Below, one piece after another: positions 60,677 to 63,406 of a stretch of DNA of 63,406 nucleotides. Each line of letters starts with the position of its first letter. Position 1 is the stretch's first letter. Position numbers and translations under genes: made by a program. Below the pieces are notes generated by a model. That model saw only the letters and a list, made by a program, of their open reading frames with translations, was not told where the DNA came from and made no database searches. The stretch is from a virus (lineage: Duplodnaviria > Caudoviricetes), in the IMG/VR virus record IMGVR_UViG_3300042465_001918, positions 1 through 63,406 of that record, one strand, 5' to 3'.

Positions 60677-61331
60677 CCTGCTGAAGATCAACGTCAACGA
60701 CCACACGGAGAAAAAGAATGGTCTGACCTACCTGTCATGGGCATGGGCGTGGGCGGAGGCACTGAAGGCTGACCCCACCGCAACCTTCGAGGTCAAGACG
60801 TTCAAGTATGACGCCTACACCGATTTGCCATTTATGGCGATGAATGGGACTGCAATGGTCTGGGTCACAGTCACAGTGTTCGGTAAGCCGATAACGTGCT
60901 TCCTTCCTGTGATGGATCACCGGAACAAGCCCATCCTGAACCCTGATTCGTTTCAGGTCAACACTGCGCTTATGCGCTGCATGGTTAAGGGTCTTGCTCT
61001 GCACGGACTGGGTCTTTACATCTATGCGGGTGAGGACCTGCCGGATGATGGTCAGTCAGTTCAGGCAGAACCTGTGGTTGTCAAGGTTGTGACACCCACT
61101 GCCACGGCTGATCTTGAGGTCAACACTGGCAACGCAGATGCGAATGCCGAGTTGTTTGCCGAGGGAATGATGACATACACGAACCATTGCACAGACGTCA
61201 AAGGTTTAAACAGTTACTGGAAGTCGAATCAAACACAACTTGATTCACTCAAGGTAAGCCGCCCTGATCTTTACGATCAGATTCGCAACCGCTTCGCAGA
61301 AATCAAGAAGCAATTATCGGAGAGCAAGTAA
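60663..61331 (+). CDS. Sak3/DUF1071 annealing protein (repeat copy)
   Basis: Same as 1355-2023. Confidence 0.85.
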   Translation: MIPNDLLKINVNDHTEKKNGLTYLSWAWAWAEALKADPTATFEVKTFKYDAYTDLPFMAMNGTAMVWVTVTVFGKPITCFLPVMDHRNKPILNPDSFQVNTALMRCMVKGLALHGLGLYIYAGEDLPDDGQSVQAEPVVVKVVTPTATADLEVNTGNADANAELFAEGMMTYTNHCTDVKGLNSYWKSNQTQLDSLKVSRPDLYDQIRNRFAEIKKQLSESK

Positions 61332-61651
61332 TGCCATATCAACCCAAAGCACCTGAGTACAAGGCGTACCCCGACAGTGGTTCGCTACGCGCCTCGACCA
61401 GCAAGAAGGGGCCAAAATCCCCCGACTACTGGGGCAACATTGCCATCAATCTGAAGGACATGACCAACATCAAAACAGAGGATGGCCTGACTGTTGTCAA
61501 GCTCTCTGGCTGGAAGAAAGTTGGCAAGGATGGCAAGACCTATCTGTCAATTGCCGTTGACCGCTTTTTGCCAAAGCAAGAGGGCGAAACCTATAGCCGC
61601 CAACCAATCCGCCAAGAGGATGACTTTGGCGATCAAGATATTCCATTTTAA
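61331..61651 (+). CDS. SSB-like protein (repeat copy)
   Basis: Same as 2023-2343. Confidence 0.7.
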   Translation: MPYQPKAPEYKAYPDSGSLRASTSKKGPKSPDYWGNIAINLKDMTNIKTEDGLTVVKLSGWKKVGKDGKTYLSIAVDRFLPKQEGETYSRQPIRQEDDFGDQDIPF

Positions 61652-61661
61652 GGAGAGCGAT

Positions 61662-61991
61662 ATGTCAGCTAAACAACTCATCAAAGATTACATGGCGGCG
61701 AACCCCAAAGCCAAGCCCAAAGAGATTGCACTTGCTTGCAAATGCTCTGTCCACACGGTCTATAACTTTCGGGCCTCGTTGAAAACAAAAGCCGCATCGT
61801 CCCCCCGCAGTGATGCCAAGCTTTTGGCTGAACGCGAAAGGGAGATCAAAGGCTTTGTGGACACAACAAACCTGCTTTTGCACAAAATTGAAAAGCTGAT
61901 GGATGAAAACCAACTGTACGCGAGCCGCGAAACAAAGCTGATGGGCGTCATTGATTACCTTGAGTCTAAAGTCGATGGCCTTGCAGTTTGA
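61662..61991 (+). CDS. Hypothetical HTH protein (repeat copy)
   Basis: Same as 2354-2683. Confidence 0.6.
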   Translation: MSAKQLIKDYMAANPKAKPKEIALACKCSVHTVYNFRASLKTKAASSPRSDAKLLAEREREIKGFVDTTNLLLHKIEKLMDENQLYASRETKLMGVIDYLESKVDGLAV

Positions 61992-62358
61992 AGCAAGAAA
62001 GGTAGCGCTCAAGCAAGACCGAACAGGTTTTGTCTTGACGCTGGCGATCCACCCTGACGAATGCCCAGAAGAGATTCTGCGTGACTTCGTTGGGGCGCGA
62101 TACGGTTGTGCGCTGGTGCGGATTCAAGATGACGAGTCTGCTACCCCGTACAGCAACAGGGTTCAGAAAGCCGCAATGCTTTGCAAAGATTCCAAGTTTC
62201 AAGATTACTTAGGCGTAGACAACGAAGACTTTGCTGCGGAGGTGTTGTGTAAACACTGCGGCATAGAAAGCCGGACCGAGTTGCACGGCAACGCTAAGGC
62301 GCAGCAAGTATTTGATGCTCTGATCGATAGATTTAACGACCAAGAAGTTCCGTTTTAA
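61975..62358 (+). CDS. Hypothetical protein (repeat copy)
   Basis: Same as 2667-3050. Confidence 0.65.
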   Translation: MALQFEARKVALKQDRTGFVLTLAIHPDECPEEILRDFVGARYGCALVRIQDDESATPYSNRVQKAAMLCKDSKFQDYLGVDNEDFAAEVLCKHCGIESRTELHGNAKAQQVFDALIDRFNDQEVPF

Positions 62359-62367
62359 GGATGCACC

Positions 62368-62685
62368 ATGGCATTTTCAGTTAATTACAAACCCTTTATG
62401 ACCTATCTTGAGCCGGACGATATTGTGCGGTTGAAGAGGTTCTCCAAGGCCCAGAAGATACCAATGACGCAGATCATTCGAGAAGGGCTTTCTGCGCGGC
62501 TGTCATCTGGCGATGCCTACACCAACGGCTTCAACGATGGTCTTTTGAAGGCCATCAAAGTTGTAAACGGTATTGAGGCGGCTGGGATGAGATTCCCATC
62601 CGGCCTTTCATTTGCCGAACTCTCCGAGCAAGAGGTCTCTAAAAACTTTATTCGGGGGGATCATGAACCTGACCGGAAATCGTAA
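62368..62685 (+). CDS. RHH-like protein (repeat copy)
   Basis: Same as 3060-3377. Confidence 0.55.
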   Translation: MAFSVNYKPFMTYLEPDDIVRLKRFSKAQKIPMTQIIREGLSARLSSGDAYTNGFNDGLLKAIKVVNGIEAAGMRFPSGLSFAELSEQEVSKNFIRGDHEPDRKS

Positions 62686-62872
62686 CCAGTGTCAAGCGTG
62701 TAAACAGTACTTCAACAGTAATGCTGCGTTTGACAAGCATCGGGTTGGTGGGCACGGCGTTGATCGCCGTTGCAGAACCACTGATGAGATGACGGCCAAA
62801 GGCATGCTTATTAACCACGCAGGTTTTTGGGTCACCAAAGCATATGACGTAGTCAGAGAGGAGTCAGAATGA
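62663..62872 (+). CDS. FDxHR zinc-binding protein (repeat copy)
   Basis: Same as 3355-3564. Confidence 0.7.
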   Translation: MNLTGNRNQCQACKQYFNSNAAFDKHRVGGHGVDRRCRTTDEMTAKGMLINHAGFWVTKAYDVVREESE

Positions 62873-63210
62873 AAAAGTTATCTCAAGCTGAGTTGTTCAG
62901 TGTCTTTGGGTCTGATCCCAAAACCCTTGTCCGCAGCAACGACCCTGACACGAGTCATGCAGCAGCAAAGACTGTTGACACTAGCCAACTAGAGTTAATG
63001 GTTTATGAGGTCATTAGCAAATACCCAAATGGCTGCATTGCTGATGATGTCCAGCAAGAACTTGCACACTTACGCAGCAATACCATCACGCCAAGGTTTG
63101 CGCCTCTAATTCGTAAAGGTTTCATAGAGGATACGGGTGAGCGCCGCAGGGCGTCATCTGGACGATCACAGCGCGTGATGAGAAAAATAGAAAAGACAAC
63201 ACAGGAGTAA
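62869..63210 (+). CDS. Winged-HTH protein (repeat copy)
   Basis: Same as 3561-3902. Confidence 0.65.
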   Translation: MKKLSQAELFSVFGSDPKTLVRSNDPDTSHAAAKTVDTSQLELMVYEVISKYPNGCIADDVQQELAHLRSNTITPRFAPLIRKGFIEDTGERRRASSGRSQRVMRKIEKTTQE

Positions 63211-63406
63211 CGCTATGTGGAGATATTTATGGACAGAGTTGAGGCTGATGCTAAAAACTGTAACTCCGGCACAGGCTGTCACGCATGAGCTGATGCACGC
63301 CGAGCATGAATTGTTGAAAGCTGAATCGGGGGTCGAGTACGCACAGGCGCTGGTGACTTACAACAAGCAACGAGTCAAGCGCTTGAAGGCGTACTTGGGC
63401 AAGACT

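Larger units (their letters stand above)
59309..63406. repeat. Long direct terminal repeat, copy 2
   Basis: Duplicate of 1-4098. Confidence 0.97.

Overview
The window is an apparently complete ~59.3 kb tailed-phage genome. Bases 1-4098 are repeated at 59309-63406, and I saw 3 substitutions between the copies in the first 90 nt. The virion gene order is podovirus/P22-like. Four blocks: (+) 249-8215 recombination and accessory genes (PD-(D/E)xK nuclease, Sak3/DUF1071 annealase, SSB-like, Dam-type MTase); (-) 8196-48696 virion and lysis genes (TerS, LexA-like HTH, TerL, portal, GroES, scaffold, capsid, small basic-protein array, tail, two holin types plus GH19 endolysin, ejection proteins ending in a 2918-aa polyvalent protein); (+) 49518-55426 early genes (SprT-like, MoxR/CobS AAA+, split CobT-like/VWA); (-) 55489-59537 replication (primase-helicase, HNH, RusA-like). 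I recognised no DNA polymerase, RNA polymerase, integrase or tRNA. Most unusual signals: (1) the palindrome GTTTAAAC occurs about 37 times (under 1 expected), in all reading frames and inside several sigma70 promoters; (2) a tandem array of otherwise unrelated small basic proteins shares a C-terminal tag (RGDGIAQRGKT(K/R)G(R/K)M.) and repeated hydrophobic-x-x-Gly-Gly motifs, also found in the ejection proteins, suggesting a capsid cargo-loading and processing system; (3) a DnaA-box cluster and a separate iteron-like array; (4) three candidate structured RNAs; (5) a T4-T-like holin with a GAF-type domain next to a second holin. All calls are by-eye motif recognition; no searches were run.
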